Below are positions 55,302 to 64,000 of a DNA stretch of 64,000 nt, piece after piece. Positions within the stretch are counted from its first letter, which is position 1. Each line of letters starts with the position of its first letter. A program made the translations under genes and the position numbers. The notes under the pieces were generated by a model. That model ran no database searches and was not told the DNA's origin. It saw nothing but the letters and a program-made list of their open reading frames with translations. Origin of the DNA: an uncultured Duodenibacillus sp. (lineage in GTDB: Bacteria; Pseudomonadota; Gammaproteobacteria; Burkholderiales; Burkholderiaceae_F); NCBI GenBank assembly GCA_944390145.1, contig CALXOY010000012.1, positions 55,764 through 119,763 on the forward strand, read 5' to 3'.

Positions 55302-55651
55302 AAAGACCCCCGGACCAACGGCGACGATCTGCAGCTTGATCCACACAAGACCGGGGGAGCCAACTTTCCGGCAGCAGATTTCTGATCTTTTCCCTTATTT
55401 AATTAGCTGACTACATATTTCATGCATTGAGAGCAAAATCGCTGGTTGCTGAACGAAAGAAAGACAGGCTGGCTGGGCAGAAAGTGAGAGGCAATGCGAC
55501 GGCGGCGTCTGAGAGTTTGTTGAACAGCTCCGATACGCTGCGAAGGAGAACGGCTTCCGGGGCTGACCCAGGGATCAGGGAAAGGAAGCCGTTCGGTTGA
55601 AGGCGACTCTCGTGCAAAAGCCAGGTGACTAATGCAAATTAAGTGATATAC

Positions 55652-56929
55652 CTAAGCCTCTTGCATTCCCTTGAAAATTTCCGGATTTTCTGAAAAAAAA
55701 GCATAAAGCAATTTATGAATAACAGGAACGCTTACGGCATTACCCATTTGATGATAAGCGCATCTATCATCTGGATGCAATATATAGCTATCTGGATATC
55801 CCTGAATTCTCGCACATTCTCGTGGAGTTAGTCGTCGTAATCTATTATTATGAAAAATCCCTAACCGATTGCAATCAGAACTAGTCAGTGTGATGCTAAC
55901 CCCATCATGATCAAGAAATTTAAAAATTTCAAAGGTCATATTTCCAGATTTTAGGTTAAATAAATTACCTTTATCTAATCTTAAATAACCTTTTTTAAGT
56001 AAAGAATCCAATATTTCCTTAATATCATTTCCACGATAAAACGACTTTATTTGCTCAAGACTCAGAGCCTTTCCATCTTGATGCACGCCAAATTGGTGTT
56101 TTCGTCTATTTGCGACAATTAGATCAAGCAACTCTCGCTCTTCTTTAGTTGTTCTCCCTTTAAGATCGAGTTCCCAAGAATGAATAGAGTTACCATTTCT
56201 ACTATCTATGCATCTTCTTCCATCAATCTTTTTTAGATTACCGCAAAAATACCTCTCTAAAGCTTTTCGAAAAGCAGGAGAACAGTCATATTTCTTGTCG
56301 GGATCATCTTCAAGAATATCGCGAATATACTTATGGGATATAAACGAATTATCACTAATTGAGTGTGTATCTTTAGCGCCTAACAAATCAGGTATAGACA
56401 AATTAAAATCTTCGCCTAAAACAGCAATTCCGTAAAGACGAAACCTATTCTGAGGCACTCCCATTTCGCTTGAATTAATAATTCTCCATTTAACAAAGTA
56501 TCCTAGATCTTCAAGTGTATTTTTAATTGTCTCGAAAGTTCTTCCTCCATCATGAGTTGTAAGCCCTCGTACATTTTCTAAAAATAAAACCTTAGGGCGA
56601 TAATGCCTAGAAATTTCGGCAACATTAAAAAATAAAGTGCCTCTTGTATCTTCAAATCCTCGACGCTTTCCTGCATAAGAAAAAGCTTGGCAAGGGAAAC
56701 CAGCTAAAAGAACTTGAAAATTAGGCAGTTTATGTTCATTAACGAAATCAAATTTAGTTAAATCAATTGGCGCTTGCTTTTCAAAGTTTAATGAATAGGT
56801 CTCGCAAGCTTTTTTATTAATCTCAGCAGAAAATACACATTGCCCCTTAACGGATAAATCATTAAGTGCCTGTTCAAGACCAAGTCTAATTCCGCCCGTG
56901 CCAGAAAATAGATCTACAAAGTTAATCAT
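55652..56929 (-). CDS. C5-cytosine DNA methyltransferase (M.BanI/M.HgiCI-like)
   Basis: DLFSGTGG, GFPCQAFS, LENV, PQNR.R and MGNAVSV motifs; long TRD; AT-rich; overlaps the REase stop. Confidence 0.92.
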   Translation of the reverse strand: MINFVDLFSGTGGIRLGLEQALNDLSVKGQCVFSAEINKKACETYSLNFEKQAPIDLTKFDFVNEHKLPNFQVLLAGFPCQAFSYAGKRRGFEDTRGTLFFNVAEISRHYRPKVLFLENVRGLTTHDGGRTFETIKNTLEDLGYFVKWRIINSSEMGVPQNRFRLYGIAVLGEDFNLSIPDLLGAKDTHSISDNSFISHKYIRDILEDDPDKKYDCSPAFRKALERYFCGNLKKIDGRRCIDSRNGNSIHSWELDLKGRTTKEERELLDLIVANRRKHQFGVHQDGKALSLEQIKSFYRGNDIKEILDSLLKKGYLRLDKGNLFNLKSGNMTFEIFKFLDHDGVSITLTSSDCNRLGIFHNNRLRRLTPRECARIQGYPDSYILHPDDRCAYHQMGNAVSVPVIHKLLYAFFSENPEIFKGMQEA

Positions 56930-57944
56930 AAACTGCTGTCTTTACAAAACCGACTAACGACTCTAAGCCCTCATCAGACATATTGACACAACAATCACAG
57001 TATCTAATAAGTTTTCTTAATGCAGCTTCTCTTTGAAAACAACCTGCGCCATCAACAATATTTACAGAAAAATGCCCTTGCCTATGACATTGGTTATATC
57101 TATCCTCTGCTTCATTTGCCTTACGTTCAATAACAGAATTCGTTGTTATTTGAAACATAATTTCACATCCAAAGTGGACATGATCACTTTCACGAACAAT
57201 AACCGCATCAAATGAAACATCTTTATTATTACTTCTTACCCCTGGGATTGTGCCTTTATTAATAAGCTTATATCCCATAGGTAACATATTTTTTAATCTG
57301 TTGAAAACGGATGCTTCACAAACATATCCCGTATTGTTTGCATCTCTCCCCTTCAATATTGGAGAAATTTCAATATATCTTTGTTTTACCAATTGATCGA
57401 TTGCAGCTCCATTGCCAAGATATCGTCCAATCGTACACCGTTGCAATGATTCCGGTAACGCAGGATCATCGTTAAGTCCTGCAAAAAGAAGAACCATAAC
57501 AACATCCTCCATATCCGGGCTAAGTGCAACTGGGCTATCTATCTTGTCCTCTGATATATTTAATGACTTATTCGACCACTTTGGTTGCTTGTTCTGAAAG
57601 CTATATTTATAGCAAACGCCATTCCACCTATAGTTAAATGCCCCTTCAGGGAATAGCGTTTTAAAATTTGCAGCAATACGAGAAAGAGGTTCACCACCTA
57701 CATTTGCTAATACACACAAATGTTCAACAAAATAATTTGCAGAAATAGATTGTGTTTGTGATAAAACTGATTTCCAAGCTGAAGGCGATGAATTGGCAAT
57801 TTTTAAAATAGACAAAAAACTCTCTTGCGTGTTTGCCATTTTAGGGTAAATGCTTTTGCTTTTAACAACTCTTGCTAAACCAGGAGGCAAATATACCCAA
57901 GCTCTATCTTTTAATTCATCAATTGTTTTTATATTTTTAGCCAT
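56922..57944 (-). CDS. Type II restriction endonuclease, BanI/HgiCI-like
   Basis: Resembles recalled R.BanI motifs: HL.VL...GGEPL.R, RYI..S.I..G..AN..G, FD.VI, E..FQ.TTNS.IERKA and DGAG.FQR. Confidence 0.75.
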   Translation of the reverse strand: MAKNIKTIDELKDRAWVYLPPGLARVVKSKSIYPKMANTQESFLSILKIANSSPSAWKSVLSQTQSISANYFVEHLCVLANVGGEPLSRIAANFKTLFPEGAFNYRWNGVCYKYSFQNKQPKWSNKSLNISEDKIDSPVALSPDMEDVVMVLLFAGLNDDPALPESLQRCTIGRYLGNGAAIDQLVKQRYIEISPILKGRDANNTGYVCEASVFNRLKNMLPMGYKLINKGTIPGVRSNNKDVSFDAVIVRESDHVHFGCEIMFQITTNSVIERKANEAEDRYNQCHRQGHFSVNIVDGAGCFQREAALRKLIRYCDCCVNMSDEGLESLVGFVKTAVYD

Positions 57945-58047
57945 ACTAACTTTATAACCAATAATAAAACTTCAATCCCTTATTGGCCGAGACCTATAAG
58001 TAAAAAACTCTCGTCGTTTGATGTAATCGATTAGTATTTACTTAGTC

Positions 58048-60153
58048 CTAGGTGTTTTTTCTGAAAGGAGTTTCGCCAGCGTAATCTTTAGATTTCATAT
58101 ACCCATTGGAACGAAGATGTTCCAACAATTCATTCAATTTTTCCCCAGTAAATTCACTTATAATATTTAACCTGCTGTCTTTTCTGTCAATATCAGATAA
58201 AAGAACAGTTTTTAATATATCTAGATTTAGAATCTCCGCTTCTTTCAATATCTCTTGCCAACTTGCTAAACGTATATCGTTTCTTCTTTGTTGATTTTTG
58301 CTTATTCCAGAAATATCATGTCCAATTAGCAAACCTTCAATTTCAGAGTCAGGATATGCAAGCGCGATTTCATTAATATATTGACCTAGCTGATAATATT
58401 CTTTAGGTTGTAATGTTTTATTATATTCTGCACCCTTTAACTCAATCACAGCTATTTTTTTCTCATTTAAATCACTAAGATATACAAAATCTGGCCGTCT
58501 TGAGCCATTTTCAATTTGTTCTTCATTAGGGGACTCATCTATTTTTTCCACCACAGTTCGAATAGTTTGATTAGCTGTCAAGCATTCCCAATTTGGCTTT
58601 AAAAGCCAAGGAAAATCTTCAATTAAACGTTGCAGATGAGTTTCCGTCGCTCCCTTATTAACAATAGTACGCATTTGACGAACCGCATCAAGACGCATTG
58701 CGGCTGTGACACCTAGATCCAAAAGCTCTGGCATCAAGCAATTTCGTAGCTGCTTAACAATCTTTAAAAATGTTTGAATTTGAGGTTCAAGCATATTGGA
58801 ATTACCAATGCTAGCCCATAAATTTTTTAATGTTTCCCGCATGGGTCTCCTCACCCATGCGTCAGCCATGACCTTACAGGCTTTTTGTTGCAATTCTCGG
58901 TCGTTGTTTAGGCCAGGATAAATCTGCCTCAACAGCCCTTTCAAAGCATCAGTTTCCGCTGCGGATACGGAGCCGTAAATGTTGCTCTCTTTCACATCCT
59001 TATCAATTTCTTTGTCTAATAAAGCATTTCTGTACTCTTGATAACTTGAAGTCCACTCACCCATTTTCTTCTGCCCCCACCTCATCAAAGCAGCAGCAAG
59101 CGGATCATCCCAGTTGATGGAATTTCGATCTGTAGAAACAAGATCTGTTTCTACATCATCCAACCAGTCAGCATAGACAAAGCCGATGATATAGCGTGAA
59201 TAAATTTCTTTACCTACCGTTGAAAAGTAGAAGGGCCTTCCTTGCACAATTTTGTTGTGCGCATAGACAGCAATTCCAGCATCATCAATAGACCAAGGAA
59301 TTCCCTTGCTGAGTTTCACAAATCCGATCCAATACTTAACAATCTTTTTGATTCCATCTACTTCAACGTAGTCTTCTTTTAGTTCGTTTGGTTTTCCAAT
59401 ATAAAATTCTTGGAGATTTTGAAATCGTTTATTGCCTGTTAAAATTTCTCCATTAAATCGAAGTGTCATGTCTTCTTTAATAAGATTTAAGGCAAAACGA
59501 TCCTCTATCCCTTTCTTCAAACGATCTTCCGAGAAATTGTCAGCAAGACGGACATTCTGCAAAACGATACTCGTTCCACTATTTCCTTCCAGAAGATTCT
59601 TTTCAAAGCGAGATATGAATTCTGATTTAATCCCAGACTTCTTCAACACCTCTCTAAATTTAGATGGTTCTTCCTCTCCAACCACCTCAGGTTCATAGTC
59701 AACTGAGTCTCCGCTTTGTGATTCATTCAGAATTTTGTCAAGGTCGAACCGCAACCAATGGAACTGAATTGCTTTATCACTTTTCTTAGAGCAGGTTATG
59801 ACATCAATCCTTTTGGCAATACCAAAACCAGCTAGTTTACCAATGCCCTTTCGTCCCATCGCAAGCCGTCCTTTAGCAGCGCATACAGACTTAGACATTC
59901 GACGCCGATTAATACCGATGATAAGAAAACGATCTTTTAATTCCTCGACCGTCATACCTTCGCCATCATCAGTGATAACAATGGTATTCCCATCCTTTTC
60001 TCTATGTAGATCAATATCGACAGTAACGGCCCCTGCATCCCAACCGTTAGCAACATATTCAGCTACAACATTTGTTGGCTTATTCTGGTATAGCTTTACA
60101 CCAAGATGTTCAATAACATTATTAGCAAAGCGAAGTCTGTAGCTATTCGTCAT
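58048..60153 (-). CDS. GHKL (HATPase_c_3/MORC-like) ATPase fused to a C-terminal PD-(D/E)XK nuclease; R.HgiDII-like
   Basis: GHKL boxes AEYVANGWDA, DDGEGM and GRKGIGKLAGF; C-terminal E..LQRLIEDFPWLL, RRPDF...VIELK and QLGQY. Confidence 0.8.
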   Translation of the reverse strand: MTNSYRLRFANNVIEHLGVKLYQNKPTNVVAEYVANGWDAGAVTVDIDLHREKDGNTIVITDDGEGMTVEELKDRFLIIGINRRRMSKSVCAAKGRLAMGRKGIGKLAGFGIAKRIDVITCSKKSDKAIQFHWLRFDLDKILNESQSGDSVDYEPEVVGEEEPSKFREVLKKSGIKSEFISRFEKNLLEGNSGTSIVLQNVRLADNFSEDRLKKGIEDRFALNLIKEDMTLRFNGEILTGNKRFQNLQEFYIGKPNELKEDYVEVDGIKKIVKYWIGFVKLSKGIPWSIDDAGIAVYAHNKIVQGRPFYFSTVGKEIYSRYIIGFVYADWLDDVETDLVSTDRNSINWDDPLAAALMRWGQKKMGEWTSSYQEYRNALLDKEIDKDVKESNIYGSVSAAETDALKGLLRQIYPGLNNDRELQQKACKVMADAWVRRPMRETLKNLWASIGNSNMLEPQIQTFLKIVKQLRNCLMPELLDLGVTAAMRLDAVRQMRTIVNKGATETHLQRLIEDFPWLLKPNWECLTANQTIRTVVEKIDESPNEEQIENGSRRPDFVYLSDLNEKKIAVIELKGAEYNKTLQPKEYYQLGQYINEIALAYPDSEIEGLLIGHDISGISKNQQRRNDIRLASWQEILKEAEILNLDILKTVLLSDIDRKDSRLNIISEFTGEKLNELLEHLRSNGYMKSKDYAGETPFRKNT

Positions 60154-60154
60154 A

Positions 60155-61228
60155 TCAGCTGGCTCGAAGAAGGTTCATGCATTGCAATGCCATAATTTTG
60201 GCAAACAGTGGTGGAAGTGCATTTCCAATTATTTTGCAGACTGCATCTATAGAGGGTGTTTGAAAAATATAGCTAGGCGGAAATGTCTGCAAAAGCGCTG
60301 CTTCCAATACCGATATTGTTCGATTCTGTTCTGGATGTCCAAATCGCCCCTTGCTCAGCGTTGTGCATCCCCCAGTTATCGTTGGGGACGGTTCGTCCCA
60401 ACGCATTCTTCCATAAACATTAACAAAGCCCTTGTTATTGGTTTTATGGCAGGGCGGTCGAAGGTTTTCCGGCAAAGCCCGGCGATCTGCCCCACATGGC
60501 AGCGCTTTGAGACGTTCAACATTAATGGCTGAAATGCGGCGGACAACATTCCACATTAAATTGACAGGACCACCAACAGATTTGCGCGAATCAAATACTA
60601 CTGGCCTCGGCATGCCAGATATAGTGTCACGCACGGTTCTGTAGGGCTTCATCTTGCCATCAGCTCCGAATATCGGCATCGCAACTTTCAGGTTTGCATG
60701 CAAGGCACCAAGAAGCACTAGACGTTTTCTGTGCTGAGGGACACCATAGTCAGCCACATCGCAGATCCGAAAGTCGAGGCGATACCCTAGATTACGAAAT
60801 TTTCTTAAGGCTTCCTCAAAAAAAGCTTTTCCTCTACCATTTGCCAGTCCAGGAACATTCTCCATCATGATCATTCTCGGCCGAACCTCTTTGACCAGAC
60901 GAACAAATTCAAAGATCAGTTCATTACGAGCATCATCTCTTCGATATTTTGATGTCAGAGAACTGAACCCCTGACATGGAGGACAAGCAGCGATCAAATC
61001 GATGCGCCCTTCTGGCGAAGAGGCAAGAAGTTCCTCTCCAGAAATGTCGCGAATGTCTGAAGCAAAAAGATGCGCTGACGGATGATTGGCGTGGTAAGTA
61101 TCAGCAGCCACAGGATCCAATTCCACCCCTGCCACAACCACAAAACCGGCATCCTTAAGACCCTGCGTAAGACCACCGCCGCCGCAGAATAGATCTACGG
61201 CGAAAAACGCATCATTAGCTTCCCGCAT
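60155..61228 (-). CDS. C5-cytosine DNA methyltransferase (M.HgiDII-like)
   Basis: DLFCGGGG, CPPCQGFS, MENVPG, YGVPQHRKR, VYGRMRWD..SPTIT, GRFGHPEQNR and IGNALPP; alternative start 61264. Confidence 0.92.
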   Translation of the reverse strand: MREANDAFFAVDLFCGGGGLTQGLKDAGFVVVAGVELDPVAADTYHANHPSAHLFASDIRDISGEELLASSPEGRIDLIAACPPCQGFSSLTSKYRRDDARNELIFEFVRLVKEVRPRMIMMENVPGLANGRGKAFFEEALRKFRNLGYRLDFRICDVADYGVPQHRKRLVLLGALHANLKVAMPIFGADGKMKPYRTVRDTISGMPRPVVFDSRKSVGGPVNLMWNVVRRISAINVERLKALPCGADRRALPENLRPPCHKTNNKGFVNVYGRMRWDEPSPTITGGCTTLSKGRFGHPEQNRTISVLEAALLQTFPPSYIFQTPSIDAVCKIIGNALPPLFAKIMALQCMNLLRAS

Positions 61229-61410
61229 CTCGCTGATCCTTTTAAACAGCTGAGAAAATCGCAATTAAGGCAGATCCCAGCACAGACGAGTTATTGTAAC
61301 TAGTTCTTCTTTCTGTCTCTCAAAAACTCAGTAACACAAAAACTCAAGGCGAACATCCATCTATCAAATTAGAACCAAGAGTTAAGGCCTCAACACAAGC
61401 GCGGAAAGCA

Positions 61411-61469
61411 GAATCGACCCGCTGCGGACACCTCAAACTGACCCGCTTTGGACGCCAAATCAACCCGAC
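61411..61469. repeat. Three imperfect 22-24 bp direct repeats (IS21-end-like)
   Basis: GAATCGACCCGCTGCGGAC / AAACTGACCCGCTTTGGAC / AAATCAACCCGAC at the right edge of the AT-rich island. Confidence 0.4.
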
Positions 61470-61901
61470 AGCCCCTCACGCTCAGAATCACCGGTGTCCG
61501 CACGATGGCTGAGCGCCGCAGCGCTTGGATTTTGTGATACTCAAATATCGCGTAAACCCTATAGAATTCGCCGTTTCGGCTCAAAGTATCAACGAGGACT
61601 CCTGCCCGGCGCTCGTTGCCGCAGACGGCAATTCCTTTCATGGCTCCCGACAAAAACAGCCATGACAGCGAAACCGCCTCCATTCAAGACATTTTCCCTA
61701 GAAACAGATGCGTAGAGAATTTGCGCTGGGTTGAATTTTCCCCATGTTTTCAGAGGGTTGTCCGGTGGGAAACCTATACTTTAGGCTGTCGTTTTTTCTA
61801 CGCAAAAAGAACTACAAGGCCTTCAAAAGGCCAGACTGCATGGACCCCGGCACAGCGCCGGCAGGCTCCACGCAAATCAAACTCTCGGAGCCAAAGTCGT
61901 C

Positions 61902-63287
61902 ATGGACTTTCTAAATCATCTCGTCAGCGAGATCAACAGCGTCCTTTGGGGCGTTTTTTGTCTGATCCCCCTGCTTTGCGGCACGGGCATCTTCTACACC
62001 ATCAAGCTGCGCTTTGTACAAGTCCGCAAGTTCGGTCTTGCCACACGCCTTCTTTTTGGCGGCGCGACGCTTTTTGGCAAACGCGCAGACAAGACCGGCA
62101 TGAGTTCCTTCCAGGCTCTTGCCACCGCCATCGCCGCCCAAGTGGGCACCGGCAACGTGGCGGGCACCGCAACGGCCATCGTCTCGGGCGGTCCGGGCGC
62201 GCTCTTCTGGCTCTGGGTTGCCGCCTTCTTCGGCATGGCGACGATTTTTGCCGAGGCCGTTTTAGCTCAGACCTACAAGGGAAAGGACGCCAACGGCCAC
62301 GTTGTGGGCGGTCCGGCCTACTACATCACCAAGGGCATGGGTGAGAAATGGCGCCCGATGGCCGTGTTCTTCTCGATTGCCATCATCATCGCCCTGGGCT
62401 GCATCGGCAACATGGTGCAGTCCAACTCGATTTCCAACGCCATGCACACGGCCTTCGACATCCCGCTCGTTGTGACCGGCATTGTGACGGCTATTTTGTC
62501 GGGCGCGGTCTTTTTCGGCGGCGTCGCCCGTCTGGCCTCCGTCACCGAAAAGATCGTCCCCTTCATGGCGGCGATCTACATCATTGGCGGCACGTACGTG
62601 ATCGGCTGCCACATTAGCGAGCTCGGCAACGCCTTCCGCCTGATCTTTGTGGCGGCCTTTGATCCGCAGGCCGTCATGGGCGGCGCCCTGGGCCTCACGG
62701 TTGCCAAGGCCATGCAGTTTGGCGTTGCCCGCGGGCTCTTTTCGAACGAAGCCGGCATGGGCTCCACCCCGCACGCCCACGCCGTCGCCAAGGTCGAGCA
62801 CCCGGCCGAGCAGGGGCTCGTGGCCATCTTCGGCGTCTTTGCCACGCTCATCATCGTCACCTTCACCGGTCTTGTGATTCTGGTGACCGGCGTGCTCGAC
62901 TTCCAGAGCACCGGCATTGCACTCACCCAGAAGGCCTACAACGTCGGCCTAGGGTCGCTCGGCGTGAGCTTTGTGGCGATTTGCCTCTTCTTCTTTGCGT
63001 ACTCCACGATCATCGGCTGGTACTTCTTTGCCGAGCAGAACGTGCGCTTTCTCTTCTCGGAAAAGGCGCTTCTGCCCTACCGCCTCATCGTGTGCGTCTT
63101 CATCGTGATCGGCGCCACGCTCAAGGTTGATCTCGTGTGGGCCCTGGCCGACCTCTTCAACGGCCTGATGGTGATCCCCAACCTGATCGCTCTGATCGCC
63201 CTGCACAAGGTGGTTGTCAACAGCCTGGCCGACTTTGAAGCGAAGCTTGAGACCTACGAAAAGACGCAGCGCAGTCTTTCCAAGTAG
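61902..63287 (+). CDS. Alanine/glycine:cation symporter (AGCS family)
   Basis: AQVGTGNVAG, GGPGALFW, GGPAYYI, QSNSI, RGLFSNEAGMGS and NGLMVIPNLIAL. Confidence 0.93.
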   Translation: MDFLNHLVSEINSVLWGVFCLIPLLCGTGIFYTIKLRFVQVRKFGLATRLLFGGATLFGKRADKTGMSSFQALATAIAAQVGTGNVAGTATAIVSGGPGALFWLWVAAFFGMATIFAEAVLAQTYKGKDANGHVVGGPAYYITKGMGEKWRPMAVFFSIAIIIALGCIGNMVQSNSISNAMHTAFDIPLVVTGIVTAILSGAVFFGGVARLASVTEKIVPFMAAIYIIGGTYVIGCHISELGNAFRLIFVAAFDPQAVMGGALGLTVAKAMQFGVARGLFSNEAGMGSTPHAHAVAKVEHPAEQGLVAIFGVFATLIIVTFTGLVILVTGVLDFQSTGIALTQKAYNVGLGSLGVSFVAICLFFFAYSTIIGWYFFAEQNVRFLFSEKALLPYRLIVCVFIVIGATLKVDLVWALADLFNGLMVIPNLIALIALHKVVVNSLADFEAKLETYEKTQRSLSK

Positions 63288-63310
63288 CCAATCGTTTTTC
63301 TTCAGGCACA

Positions 63311-63350
63311 GGGCGCGTTTCTCTCACAGAAAACGCGCCCCGTTTGTTTT
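63311..63350 (+). terminator. Intrinsic terminator
   Basis: GGGCGCGTTT...AAACGCGCCC hairpin followed by a T-rich stretch. Confidence 0.6.
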
Positions 63351-63386
63351 CAGGAGCGCCGCTTCACCGCTGAAAGCAGCGGAGGT

Positions 63387-64000
63387 TCAATGCCCCAACA
63401 AGTCAAGAAGGTCAAACCCGTCGCCTCCGACATGAATGAAGGGCATGCCGGCAGCCTGTGCAGCCCTGGCGTCGGTCTGAAGATTGTCGCCCAGAAAAAC
63501 CAGTTCGTGCGGCGCCATTGCCAGATGCCGCGCCGCCTCCAGCACCAGCGCTGCAGCTGGTTTGCCGATCACGACGGGGTTGGAAGCCGGCTTGCGGAAA
63601 ACTTCGAGCATCCGCCAGAGGGCACCGGTTTCCAAGTGCACCCGTCCTAGCGCCGCTGGATGCGTCAGATCGGGATTTGCGAGCACCGGTGCGGCGCCGC
63701 AGCGCAGCGCGTTGGCTGCGCGCTCTAGCTTGGAAAAGGTGAGCGTCTCGTCGCGGCACACGAGCACCACGTCGACCGTCTCGGGCAAAGCCCTCTCGTC
63801 GACCAGGCAAAGCCTCTCGCGCGCAAGCGCAAGGACGTCGCCCGAAGCGAGGGCCAGCACCCGCGCCTGCGCAAACTTGCGCGCAATCACATCAACGGCA
63901 GTCTCTCCGGCCAGGAAAAAGTCTTCCTCGCCGGCACTCAGTCCGGTTTCTGCAAAAACCCGCGCGAGCGTCCTTGCCGTGTGTGTGGAGTTGTTGGAAA
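63387..64000 (-). CDS. HAD-IIA family hydrolase (NagD-like), 5' end outside the window
   Basis: SNNSTHT at the window edge; ANPDLTHP, ETGA, IGKP and LGDNLQTD motifs. Confidence 0.8.
   Translation of the reverse strand, partial: SNNSTHTARTLARVFAETGLSAGEEDFFLAGETAVDVIARKFAQARVLALASGDVLALARERLCLVDERALPETVDVVLVCRDETLTFSKLERAANALRCGAAPVLANPDLTHPAALGRVHLETGALWRMLEVFRKPASNPVVIGKPAAALVLEAARHLAMAPHELVFLGDNLQTDARAAQAAGMPFIHVGGDGFDLLDLLGH

Noticed and set aside
55420-55617. Small ORF or vsr remnant at the island left edge
   Set aside because: No Vsr motifs in the frames examined and no convincing start
53870-61900. attL/attR duplication of the tRNA-Thr 3' end and an integrase for the island
   Set aside because: No repeat of the tRNA 3' end and no recombinase ORF found by eye
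61800-61901. Possible glycine riboswitch upstream of the AGCS symporter
   Set aside because: Only fragments (CGCCG, AAACTCTC) and a GGCTCC/GGAGCC hairpin over the SD; the GGAGA...CCGAAG...CUCUCAGG core is not intact. A cmsearch with RF00504 would settle it

Overview
GC-rich betaproteobacterial chromosome segment. Gene content and synteny point to an anaerobic or microaerophilic gut member of the Burkholderiales such as Sutterellaceae (inference). Most of it is housekeeping: secF-secD-yajC, argC, rpsI-rplM, csp, sodB, xseA, infA, hemG, fadD, cid/lrgAB, rubrerythrin, dnaJ-dnaK-grpE-hemH, DAHP synthase, tgt-queA, alaS, glmM-folP-ftsH-rlmE, a phosphate transporter, uvrB, an aromatic/aspartate aminotransferase, hemA-prfA-prmC, mscL, sspAB and three tRNAs (Asn, Phe, Thr). 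Non-routine elements: (1) an intact class IIC group II intron inserted behind the tRNA-Phe terminator, whose catalytic domain V carries a 21-nt insertion with a GNRA-capped hairpin; (2) an unannotated candidate sRNA with a Fur box over its promoter and a seed 11/12 complementary to the ribosome-binding site of the rubrerythrin gene in this window; (3) a Phe/Tyr-rich leader-peptide attenuator upstream of DAHP synthase; (4) a secreted flavoreductase with two FMN-binding domains and the Tyr signature of urocanate reductases; (5) an AT-rich defence island after tRNA-Thr with two tandem C5-methyltransferase restriction systems (BanI/HgiCI-like, and a GHKL-ATPase-nuclease HgiDII-like pair) beside a frameshifted DUF4143 ATPase; (6) an Fe/Mn-SOD with an 8-Cys tail and an orphan Panacea antitoxin. 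All calls come from reading the sequence and recalled family motifs. No database search was run.
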